From Candidatus Poribacteria bacterium (GTDB lineage Bacteria; Poribacteria; WGA-4E; UBA9662), in the NCBI GenBank assembly GCA_002709695.1, contig PAQF01000078.1:48351-112350 (forward strand): a DNA stretch of 64,000 bases, read 5' to 3'. Shown here piece by piece: positions 9,614-18,394 of this stretch. Under the pieces are notes generated by a model, which was given only the letters and a program-made list of their open reading frames with translations, did no database searches and was not told the DNA's origin. How positions within the stretch are numbered: the first letter of the stretch is position 1; each line of letters begins with the position of its first letter. A program made the position numbers and the translations under genes.

Positions 9614-11332
9614 ATGAATTGGAAATCAGCACCGCAATTTCTCCAGACGATTATCCAGAAGTTCAATTCTGGGCAGAGCAATCAATTCATATTATACGGG
9701 AACGTGCGTGATTTGTATTCGTTAGGGAAAGACCAGTTCTATTTTTTGACTGACTGTCTAAAACGGTTAATGGACCCTCCTGAAGGTGATCAAAGGCGTG
9801 TCATTGTCTATTATGATTTAATCAGTGGGGTCCAGTTCCGGAATCAAGATGACTTGGTTCTTGTTGAGTCTATTTTGGGACAATCTGAACTTCAGAAGTA
9901 TATGCAGGATAGTGTCCAAAATCCACTGCAAGCATTGGTTTTCCTTCAGGAACTGAGCAAAATCAGTCTTCATGCCATCGACTCCGGAAAGCAAGGATGG
10001 GGTTTCATAATCAACCATGTTGAATCGTTGATTCACCGTCAAGAAGGTAATCATCTGAACGAAGTTGAGCAACGGAAAGCAATGATTTTCCATCAGTGGT
10101 TTACGGATCCGACTTTTGTTCGTGGACACCATTTAGCTATTCTGATTACACAAACGCTCGCAGAGCTAAATGAAATGGTGATTGAACTCCCTTTTGTCAC
10201 TGCCATCCAAGTGCCTCGACCAAATGATATACAGCGACAAAGATATCTTCGGTTTCTCAAAAAGCAACATCATGTTAGTTTGGGGTTGAGGGAAAAAGAT
10301 GCCGTTTTCTATACGGGCGGCTTGACCCTACAAGATTTGCAGAAGATGTTTATGCAAGCGAATCATACTGGTACGAAGCTAACTGCTGAAATGATATTTC
10401 AGCTTACGCAAGAAGTAATTGAAAAAGAACTTAGTGGGAATATTGAATTCCCAATTATTGATCATGATTTTTCCGATGTAATTGGGTCTAAAAAATTATT
10501 AGTAAAATTGGAGGAAATGAAGTCTTTCATTCTGAGTGGTAACTCTGACTTGATGCCAACCGGCATTCTCGTACCTGGCCCGAATGGTGTGGGTAAAACC
10601 TATATTTTCAAGGCGTTTGCTAAAGAATGTGGTTACTTGCCGGTAATCATTAAGAATGTCCGTGGTCAGTATGTTGGACAGACGGAAATGACATGGGAGA
10701 AAATTCGGTCAATTCTTGAAGTCATGGGAAATGTAATGGTGATTTATGACGAAGCCGACACAGAACTTGGAGGTCGGGGTGCTGGTACACATGATGTCGA
10801 TAAGCGGCTCTTTGGGGCAGTTTTGAGGATGATGAGTGACCTGAATAATCGTGGGAAAATCATCTGGATAATTATTACTGCTAGGCCTGATAAACTAGAA
10901 CCGGATATCAAACGAACCGGACGTGCAGGTGAGCACTTGTCTGTCTTTGACCCGGAAGGACAAGAACGTGAAGAATTTATCGATTTTGTCATGTCGAAAA
11001 TTGGATTATCATTCAATGATTTTCTTGAAGATCAAAAACAGCGGTTTTTGGATCATACTGCCAGTTATTCTCCAGCTGATTTTATTCAACTTTTAACCAA
11101 TTTGGAACGCAAAAAACATCTTATCTCTAGGAATCTAACAGCAGATGAAATTTTAGAAACTGGGTATGACTTTATTCCTGCGGATATTAGCTTGCAACGG
11201 CAACTACAGGAATTATTGGCATTTGTTGAATGTTCGTATCAAAGCCTAATTCCGGAAAAATATGCCCAGACAACTAAGCAAAAAGCTTACGCTCAGATTG
11301 GCGAGTTGAAAATTTTATTGGGTGAAAATTAG
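9614..11332 (+). CDS. AAA+ ATPase with a classical AAA C-terminal module and an N-terminal degenerate AAA-like domain
   Basis: C-terminal module: Walker A GPNGVGKT, Walker B VIYDEAD, sensor-1 IIITAR and Arg-finger region PDIKRTGRAGEH (FtsH/CDC48-clade-like). The N-terminal ~300 aa contain QFILYGNVRDLY, which resembles a Walker-A-less AAA core. Confidence 0.75.
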   Translation: MNWKSAPQFLQTIIQKFNSGQSNQFILYGNVRDLYSLGKDQFYFLTDCLKRLMDPPEGDQRRVIVYYDLISGVQFRNQDDLVLVESILGQSELQKYMQDSVQNPLQALVFLQELSKISLHAIDSGKQGWGFIINHVESLIHRQEGNHLNEVEQRKAMIFHQWFTDPTFVRGHHLAILITQTLAELNEMVIELPFVTAIQVPRPNDIQRQRYLRFLKKQHHVSLGLREKDAVFYTGGLTLQDLQKMFMQANHTGTKLTAEMIFQLTQEVIEKELSGNIEFPIIDHDFSDVIGSKKLLVKLEEMKSFILSGNSDLMPTGILVPGPNGVGKTYIFKAFAKECGYLPVIIKNVRGQYVGQTEMTWEKIRSILEVMGNVMVIYDEADTELGGRGAGTHDVDKRLFGAVLRMMSDLNNRGKIIWIIITARPDKLEPDIKRTGRAGEHLSVFDPEGQEREEFIDFVMSKIGLSFNDFLEDQKQRFLDHTASYSPADFIQLLTNLERKKHLISRNLTADEILETGYDFIPADISLQRQLQELLAFVECSYQSLIPEKYAQTTKQKAYAQIGELKILLGEN

Positions 11333-11654
11333 GCTTTGATTTTCCTTGATAATCTTGGGACTGGAGTCGACATTTTTTAAATTGATGATGAACTGGCCTA
11401 AAATTAAGAGGTGATGAATCTCATTAAAGAAGACAATACAGAGTATTGTACCCGTAGTATTTCCGCATGTATTGAGTTTTTCTTATTTTAGATTATAGGG
11501 ACGTTTTATTACTAAAGCAGACTCGAAAGTATCTATGATATCTGATCCATCCGAAAAAATTTAAATGGTTAAATCTAATGGCCTTGGTATATAAGGCCTT
11601 AAGTCAACATAACAATGTAGCCTTGATTTTGAGGGGAGATTTCAGGGATTTCTA

Positions 11655-13967
11655 ATGTTCAAGCCTCTCTTTATACTTGTCTTTGTCCTTTCAAGTGTGG
11701 GATTTGAAGTGGGTTCACAAATCCTAATTGATAGGGTTGATCAAAAAGTTCATGGTTTGTATTATAGTATCAATGATGAGATCTTTGCCGTTACTACCTC
11801 GAGTAGTGTGAACTTATATAATGCAAAAAAACGAAATAAGGTTTTCGAGATCAAACTTTCTAACAGGCCTAAACAAGTTACCTTTGAAGTACAGGAAAGT
11901 TGGATTGCGGTTCTCATGAGCACAAACACAGTAGACGTTTGGGATATTCGAGGTAAGAACAAAGTGTTCACTATTCAGGCCAAACAGATTGAAAAAGAAA
12001 TTGTAGACATCTGGTTTGTATCATCGGGATTGTGTGTTGGATTAATTGATGGAACACTTTTAAAATTTAATGTGGGTCAAACCGAACCGGAGCAAGTTAT
12101 CGGTGCGAATTACCATGATGTAGCAGGACTTCGCTTCAACCCAACAATTACGCATCAATTCGCAATTGTTCGCAATAACACAATCAGTCTCCACAATTTT
12201 AGAAAAACATTATGGGAGAATCTAGATGGGGCTGACATTGATATGGATAGGTTGGTATTCAATTCCTTGGGTGATCAAATAGCATTTGTTCGTAGTGATA
12301 TTGTGGAAGTGAGGGATTGTCAAACAGGTCATATTCTCAACCAGATAGAGTTCGATGACAAAATCGTAAGTTTTTGTTTCGCACGCCAACCTAATGTTGG
12401 TATTTCTGTATCCTCAAACAATATGATACAGATGTGGGATCTATCAGCTAATCGGGTAGCTAAGACATATCAATACAAACAAGTAAATTCTCCTATTCGA
12501 AATCTAGATTGTACGAAAAACGGCAGGCAATTTGCTTTTTCAACCGATGCAGGAGAAGTTTGGCTTGGTGGAGAAGTGCGAAGAATGAATATCGCAAAAC
12601 AAGTTAAACCGAAAAAAAAACAGGTCTTAGTTAGAAAACCGAAGGCCTTGGTATTGAAGGCAACTCCCTTACCGCCTTATGTCATCACAGTTGGAGAGAC
12701 TATTGAACTTCAGGTCGAATGTTCGCTGTCAGCAGTAATACAATTGTTTACATCAGTCGATAATGCTAGTTTTGATTCAACTTACAATCTGTTTCAGTGG
12801 ACACCTGATTTCTCTCAGGTAGGAGAGAAGGAAATAAGATTTTCGGCAGAAACAAAAGATGGTCGCTCTACTTTCCTGGATCTTGATATTGAGGTTCAGT
12901 CTATTAATATAGCGCCAATTTTCACCAAAATTGGCGCACTTGAAGTACAGAATAACTCAACACCAAAATTAAAAATTAATGAAGGAGAAGTACTTAATAC
13001 CAAGGTGCAAGCTGATGATCAAAATGGTGATTTGCTAACCTATACTGCGACAGGTTTGCCAAACGGTGCTCAAATGGAAGGAAATCGAATTCGATGGAAA
13101 CCATCGTTCGATTTTGTATCTGTTGCAGATCTCAAAACTGAAATCTTGGTTACGTTGATGGCTAGTGATGGCGAATTACATGCCAAACTTCCGATTACTA
13201 TTACTGTATATAACATGGATCAACCAACAGCAACACAACCTGAAGAAAAAATAACAGATGATATCCAAGTTGACCTGCGACCACCTGATCAAATGATTCG
13301 GATTCCCGAGAGGGATTTTGTGATTGGTATAGACAGTGGTATCTCAGAAGAACCGAGCAATGTAGTTTTCATGTTAGCATTTGATGTTGATCGGTTTGAA
13401 GTTACAAATGCTGATTATGCGAACTTTCTGAATAGTCGTCAACGTGTTATTGACACCGAGGGCAAAGTTTTGATTAATCTTGACTCTAAGACTACGAAGA
13501 TTAAGCAAATCAGCAATGGATATCAAGTTCAATTAGGTTTTGAAAGGCACCCGGTTGTAGGGGTGAGTTGGTATGGTGCGAAAGTTTATGCTGAGTGGGT
13601 AGGAAAACGTTTATTAACTGAGATTGAGTGGGAGTCAATTGCCAGAGGAAATGATCAGCGTCTCTTTCCTTGGGGTAACCAGTCGCCCAGAGAGAATGAA
13701 AATTTGCTAAATTATAGGTCGAAAGCCCCAGTGCCGGTTGGGAGTTATCCGAAAGGAGCAAATCCATGGGGTGTACATGATTTATCTGGAAACGTGGCAG
13801 AGTGGGTGATACCAAAGAAAGTTGATGGAGAACCGAAGATAGTCCGAGGAGGGTCATGGAAGAGTCTAAATCCTAGAAGTGTCAGAGCCACTGCACGGTT
13901 TCCTCTATTATCTGAGCAAATGATTTCTTGGGTTGGTTTCCGATGTGCACGTGATATTGAAAACTAA
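11655..13967 (+). CDS. Large secreted multidomain protein: signal peptide, beta-propeller-like repeats, Ig/cadherin-like region, C-terminal formylglycine-generating-enzyme (FGE/SUMF1, DUF323) domain
   Basis: N-terminal signal peptide MFKPLFILVFVLSSVGF. The C-terminal ~250 aa (HPVVGVSWYGAKVYAEWVGKRLLTEIEWE...WGVHDLSGNVAEWV...RGGSW...GFRCARD) match the FGE-sulfatase fold used by GldK/PorK/EgtB-type proteins. Confidence 0.7.
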   Translation: MFKPLFILVFVLSSVGFEVGSQILIDRVDQKVHGLYYSINDEIFAVTTSSSVNLYNAKKRNKVFEIKLSNRPKQVTFEVQESWIAVLMSTNTVDVWDIRGKNKVFTIQAKQIEKEIVDIWFVSSGLCVGLIDGTLLKFNVGQTEPEQVIGANYHDVAGLRFNPTITHQFAIVRNNTISLHNFRKTLWENLDGADIDMDRLVFNSLGDQIAFVRSDIVEVRDCQTGHILNQIEFDDKIVSFCFARQPNVGISVSSNNMIQMWDLSANRVAKTYQYKQVNSPIRNLDCTKNGRQFAFSTDAGEVWLGGEVRRMNIAKQVKPKKKQVLVRKPKALVLKATPLPPYVITVGETIELQVECSLSAVIQLFTSVDNASFDSTYNLFQWTPDFSQVGEKEIRFSAETKDGRSTFLDLDIEVQSINIAPIFTKIGALEVQNNSTPKLKINEGEVLNTKVQADDQNGDLLTYTATGLPNGAQMEGNRIRWKPSFDFVSVADLKTEILVTLMASDGELHAKLPITITVYNMDQPTATQPEEKITDDIQVDLRPPDQMIRIPERDFVIGIDSGISEEPSNVVFMLAFDVDRFEVTNADYANFLNSRQRVIDTEGKVLINLDSKTTKIKQISNGYQVQLGFERHPVVGVSWYGAKVYAEWVGKRLLTEIEWESIARGNDQRLFPWGNQSPRENENLLNYRSKAPVPVGSYPKGANPWGVHDLSGNVAEWVIPKKVDGEPKIVRGGSWKSLNPRSVRATARFPLLSEQMISWVGFRCARDIEN

Positions 13968-14042
13968 AGTGCTTTTCAAAACTGGCATTTCGGTGGCCAG
14001 ATGCTTGTAAAACAAAATTTTTAAAATTGATGGAGTATAAGT

Positions 14043-14840
14043 ATGATAAAAGTCATTGTTGATGGTGCTTGTGGTCGAATGGGTAAAATGTTAACTTCCC
14101 TAGTCACTAGACAACCAGATATGGAGCTTGTTGGGGCAACAGAGTATCCTTCACATCCGAAAATAGGTGTAGATGTTGGTGAGGTTGCTGGTATCGGTTC
14201 AATTGGAATCAAAATTGTGGAAGATCTAACAGCTGTTATTAATTATGGAGATGTCGTCATCGAGTTCACATCTCCTGAAGCTACGATCTCTAATTTCAAA
14301 AAAGTCGTTGATGCAGGAAAGTCTATGGTCATTGGCACAACTGGTTGTACAATTGACCAATTGACGGAAATCCGATTGTTAGCAGAACATGTTCCGTGTC
14401 TTATGTCGCCGAATATGAGTGTTGGGGTTAACGTTATGTTGAAAGCAATCGAGCTTGTGGCCAAAGCACTTGGTGATGAATATGATGTCGAAGTTATTGA
14501 AGCTCACCATAATCAGAAAGCAGACTCACCTAGTGGTACTGCTGTCCGTATCGCCGATGTGTTAGCAACGGCATTAGACCGAGACATTAATCAAGTTGGT
14601 GTTTACGGTCGTGAAGGGATAGTTGGAGCACGTCCCGAGAAAGAGATTGGTATTCATGCCATTCGTGGAGGTGACATTATTGGTGATCATACTGTTCTTT
14701 TCGCTGGAATTGGTGAAAGGGTAGAGGTTTCCCATAGGGCACAGAGCCGCGAGTCTTTTGCTAGTGGGGCAGTCCGAGCTGCACGGTGGATTATTAATGC
14801 ACCTAAAGGACTTCATGATATTAGTGAAGTTCTCTTCTAA
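14043..14840 (+). CDS. dapB: 4-hydroxy-tetrahydrodipicolinate reductase
   Basis: N-terminal Rossmann motif VDGACGRMG. Conserved HHNQKADSPSGTA substrate-binding motif. 265 aa. Confidence 0.85.
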   Translation: MIKVIVDGACGRMGKMLTSLVTRQPDMELVGATEYPSHPKIGVDVGEVAGIGSIGIKIVEDLTAVINYGDVVIEFTSPEATISNFKKVVDAGKSMVIGTTGCTIDQLTEIRLLAEHVPCLMSPNMSVGVNVMLKAIELVAKALGDEYDVEVIEAHHNQKADSPSGTAVRIADVLATALDRDINQVGVYGREGIVGARPEKEIGIHAIRGGDIIGDHTVLFAGIGERVEVSHRAQSRESFASGAVRAARWIINAPKGLHDISEVLF

Positions 14841-14879
14841 CACTTACAGGATTTTGTCAGCCTATAAGGGGGATATCTT

Positions 14880-15455
14880 GTGGATTTGCAAAAGAAAATT
14901 GACGGCTGGTTTGTGCCACTTTCTTGTAGCGAGAAGACTTTGAGTTCAGCTTATCAGGAACTTCAGAAGTTTGGTTTGAAACAAGAAGAAATTCCTTACA
15001 TTATACAGATTGTGGAAAACCCCAAATTCGATTTGCCAGGCGGTGATATTTTTCATGGGAAGACAGATATAGAAACACACGATTACCTTCACATTATTTT
15101 GGGTAGAGGAGTCCTTGCAAAAGATGAGGCTTTTGTTATTGGCTTTACTATGGGAAGCTCCAACCGTGTTACTTCGACTGAGGAAAGCCTCTATAGTTTT
15201 TTTGCTAAGTATTTATACCCCAAAGCATACCGTTTTACGGATGACGACCTACACGTTTTCAAAGATGCGGTGAAGCTTGGTTTTATTTCCGATTGTCAAT
15301 CTTTGGCCGAGGTGGACTACTCTTGTTATCTTCAGTATCCGTTGCAGGAGATACGAGAGGACTTGGGTATAGAAACCAACCTGTTACAAGCTTATTACGC
15401 TATTGAGAAACGACGATATCCGGATTCAGTAGAGAGCCAAAGGTTGCTCAGTTAG
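14880..15455 (+). CDS. Hypothetical protein (GTG start)
   Basis: 191-aa ORF with no overlap and no recognisable motif (contains HDYLHIILGRG). Same strand, 40 nt after dapB. Confidence 0.45.
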   Translation: MDLQKKIDGWFVPLSCSEKTLSSAYQELQKFGLKQEEIPYIIQIVENPKFDLPGGDIFHGKTDIETHDYLHIILGRGVLAKDEAFVIGFTMGSSNRVTSTEESLYSFFAKYLYPKAYRFTDDDLHVFKDAVKLGFISDCQSLAEVDYSCYLQYPLQEIREDLGIETNLLQAYYAIEKRRYPDSVESQRLLS

Positions 15456-15518
15456 GAATCATAGTACAGATATTCTTTCAGTTGACGGTTAAGTAATTCG
15501 ATCCAATCATTCCATTTC

Positions 15519-17396
15519 TTGTGCCATTTTGAATTTAAGGAGACCATTATGCCTTTAAAAAGGTTAATTATCGTTATTTTGCTGAGTGTGATGTGTTTTG
15601 TTTCGACTACCAATGCGCAACAGAATTTTTCAGATGAAATAGGGCCTACCCGGGTTAGAGTTGTTCAATCCCAAGATCCATTGTTAATTCCTTATATTAC
15701 TTGGGGGGGGGAATCGGCGTTATTTTATGCTAATGGAGGTTTATCGACTCAACCTAATTCAATCATGGCTAGTTTGGGATTAAATTTAAAGCTGGTTCCG
15801 GGTGATGACTTTATGCAGCAAGTCAGGGATTACTTAGCTGGTAGATCCCCAGTTCTACGCGGTACGTTTAGAATGATTGCTCAAGCTAGCGAAGTAATTG
15901 GACGCGATCCTAGGACACAGGGTGTTGTTTTTGGTCAGTTAACTTGGTCTGCTGGTGATCATTTTGTTGGCAGATCTAACATTAGAAAAATCTCTGACTT
16001 AAAGGGTAAAAAGATCGCTGTCCAAAAAGGGGGACCTCATGTTGGGATGTTGTATGATATGTTGTTGACGGCTAGACTTCCAAAGTCTGACCTGCAGATC
16101 ATATGGATGGATGAATTAACGGGAAAAAACAGCCCAGCGGAAAAGTTTAGGATAGACCCAACAGTCTCCGGTTGTTTTGTCATTACACCGGATATGCTTA
16201 GTTTGGTTGGTGATTATCACGCAATTGGTGATGGGACAGGAGGTACGGTTAAAAGCGCACGATTGGTGGTTAGTACAGCAACATTATCCCGTTCGATTGC
16301 AGATGTTTATGTATGCCGAAAAGATTATATTGATAAAAATAGTGTCGTCGTTGAAAAGTTTTTTGCTGGGTATTTAAAAGGTGCAGAAGAAGTTATTCGT
16401 CTGAAAAAAGATTATGAAGCCGGTGGTTCAAAAAAGTATATGGCTCTACTTCAAATGATGCAGGATATTTATGGGAAGTCAGTGTTACCAACGCTTGATG
16501 AAGATGCTCATGGGCTTATCGCTGATTGTGCGTTTGTTGGGCAACCTGGCAATATGGCGTTTTTTAATGATTCGACAAATGTTGTAACAGGATTTGAAGG
16601 GGTTAATAAAAATGGGCTGGATATGGCTATCAACTGGGGATTTGCTAGAAAGAGACACAACTTGATCAGTTCTAGCTTGGATTTCAAATCGCCAACTTTT
16701 ACAAACCTACTAACAACAACTGTTATGACTCCGATTCAAAGAAAGCGTTTCAAAGAAGAATCAGTTAGAGCTGAAATTGAAACATTTAGTGAAGAAGATA
16801 TTCTAGACGATAATACACTAATATCATTTACAATTCAGTTTGAAGCTAACCAGGACACGTTCAGTGAAACTCAGTATCGTGAAGAATTCGATCGCGTTAT
16901 TGAACTTACTTCTCGGTTTGGTAACGCGGCGGTAGCGATTAAAGGACATACTGATCCCTCAAAAGTTCTGTTTTCTTTGGTAAAAACTGGAATTAAAAGA
17001 GGAATTCTAAAGCGGACAGGAACAAGAGGAAGTTATGAGTATTTTATGAACGGTAGGTCCTTTAGTTTGGAAGACACATCCGAATTGATTCGGCTGATTC
17101 AACAAAAGAAATTTGATGACGGGAGTGATTTTGATGGACCATACCAAATAATGAGAGCTGGTCTGAAGTTGTCTGAGCAGAGGGGGGAGGCTGTCAAGAA
17201 AGCGATTCTTGCCTATGCGAGCAGAAAAAACGTAAGGATTGAAGCTGAACAGATTATTCCAGTAGGAGTTGGTATCAAAGAGCCTGTGATTGCTAAGCCA
17301 ACGAACTCGGTGGAAGCGGCAAAAAACCGGCGTGTGGAGTTTGCTTTAATTAAGATTTCTTCTGAGTCTGTTGCTGAGGCTGATTTTGATTTCTAA
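15519..17396 (+). CDS. Secreted substrate-binding-like domain fused to a C-terminal OmpA-like domain that carries a large insertion; paralogous in architecture to 4141..5703
   Basis: Signal peptide IVILLSVMCFVSTTNA. Binding-protein-like region (KKIAVQKGGPHVGMLYDMLL). C-terminus AVAIKGHTDPSKV...[~60 aa insert]...LSEQRGEAVKKAI...NRRVEFALI matches an OmpA_C-like motif. Contains a 9-G run at 15703..15711. Confidence 0.6.
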   Translation: MCHFEFKETIMPLKRLIIVILLSVMCFVSTTNAQQNFSDEIGPTRVRVVQSQDPLLIPYITWGGESALFYANGGLSTQPNSIMASLGLNLKLVPGDDFMQQVRDYLAGRSPVLRGTFRMIAQASEVIGRDPRTQGVVFGQLTWSAGDHFVGRSNIRKISDLKGKKIAVQKGGPHVGMLYDMLLTARLPKSDLQIIWMDELTGKNSPAEKFRIDPTVSGCFVITPDMLSLVGDYHAIGDGTGGTVKSARLVVSTATLSRSIADVYVCRKDYIDKNSVVVEKFFAGYLKGAEEVIRLKKDYEAGGSKKYMALLQMMQDIYGKSVLPTLDEDAHGLIADCAFVGQPGNMAFFNDSTNVVTGFEGVNKNGLDMAINWGFARKRHNLISSSLDFKSPTFTNLLTTTVMTPIQRKRFKEESVRAEIETFSEEDILDDNTLISFTIQFEANQDTFSETQYREEFDRVIELTSRFGNAAVAIKGHTDPSKVLFSLVKTGIKRGILKRTGTRGSYEYFMNGRSFSLEDTSELIRLIQQKKFDDGSDFDGPYQIMRAGLKLSEQRGEAVKKAILAYASRKNVRIEAEQIIPVGVGIKEPVIAKPTNSVEAAKNRRVEFALIKISSESVAEADFDF

Positions 17397-17438
17397 TAGG
17401 GCTTTAATTCCCATGTTTTTTTAAATAGGAACTGGGTT

Positions 17439-18392
17439 ATGCAGAACAAAAGCTTAAAAGCGTTTCTATTTGCTATCTTTGTTTTTCTTGTGCCTTTATC
17501 TGTGACTTTTTTATCTGCTGAGAATATACATACAGATAATATTGTTGTTGTTTTGGATGCATCGGGATCGATGCAAGAGGAATTCAGTAGCGATCCAACA
17601 CAAATAAGGATGGATGCAGCTAAAACAGCATTACAAGCAGTTTTAACAATGATTCACGACGGCACGAATGTTGGACTCCTCGTTTTTAGTGGTTCCAATG
17701 TGAATAAACATTGGGTTTATCCTCTTGGACCAAAGAACAATGAGGTTTTGGCTAAAGCTATTAATTTACCCCTTCCTGGGGGTAAAACGCCTCTGGGGGA
17801 ATACCTCAAAATTGGTGCTGATCGACTTCTTGAGCAACGGGAAAAACAGTATAATTATGGAAGTTATCGTCTATTAGTTGTGACAGATGGCGACGCAAGT
17901 GACCGTGATAAGGTTCAGTTGTATACACCAGAGATAATGCGTAGGCAAATTCGAATTGATGTGATCGGCGTAGACATGGAAAAAAATCATATGTTAGCTA
18001 CCGTTGTTGATAGTTATCGTCGAGCTGACAATCCGAAGCAATTAATAAAAGCAGTATCCGATGTTCTCGCTGAGGTTCCCAGTACTGGGATAGATACTGA
18101 AGGGGAGAATATGTTTGAACTAATATCACCGCTTACCGATGAAGTAGTTTTGTCTCTGATTAGTGAAATAACAAAAGTTCCAGGAAATCAACCCATTGGC
18201 ACCCAGTTGGTAACACCTGCACAGGCAACAGAGATGAGTGCGCCAACTCTAACAGTTAATACTGGTACTAGTCAGCCAAGTAGTAATCAAAAGTCCAACA
18301 TAGGATTTTTGATTATCATTATCGGTTTATTAGTAATAACATGGCTAATTTTTAAAAAAATCAAGCCAATGATAAGGCCTAGCATCAAATAG
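17439..18392 (+). CDS. von Willebrand factor type A (VWA) domain protein with signal peptide and C-terminal TM anchor
   Basis: MIDAS-like IVVVLDASGSM, later LVVTDGDASD. Ser/Thr-rich linker, then a hydrophobic C-terminal helix FLIIIIGLLVITWLIF. Confidence 0.7.
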   Translation: MQNKSLKAFLFAIFVFLVPLSVTFLSAENIHTDNIVVVLDASGSMQEEFSSDPTQIRMDAAKTALQAVLTMIHDGTNVGLLVFSGSNVNKHWVYPLGPKNNEVLAKAINLPLPGGKTPLGEYLKIGADRLLEQREKQYNYGSYRLLVVTDGDASDRDKVQLYTPEIMRRQIRIDVIGVDMEKNHMLATVVDSYRRADNPKQLIKAVSDVLAEVPSTGIDTEGENMFELISPLTDEVVLSLISEITKVPGNQPIGTQLVTPAQATEMSAPTLTVNTGTSQPSSNQKSNIGFLIIIIGLLVITWLIFKKIKPMIRPSIK

Positions 18393-18394
18393 AT

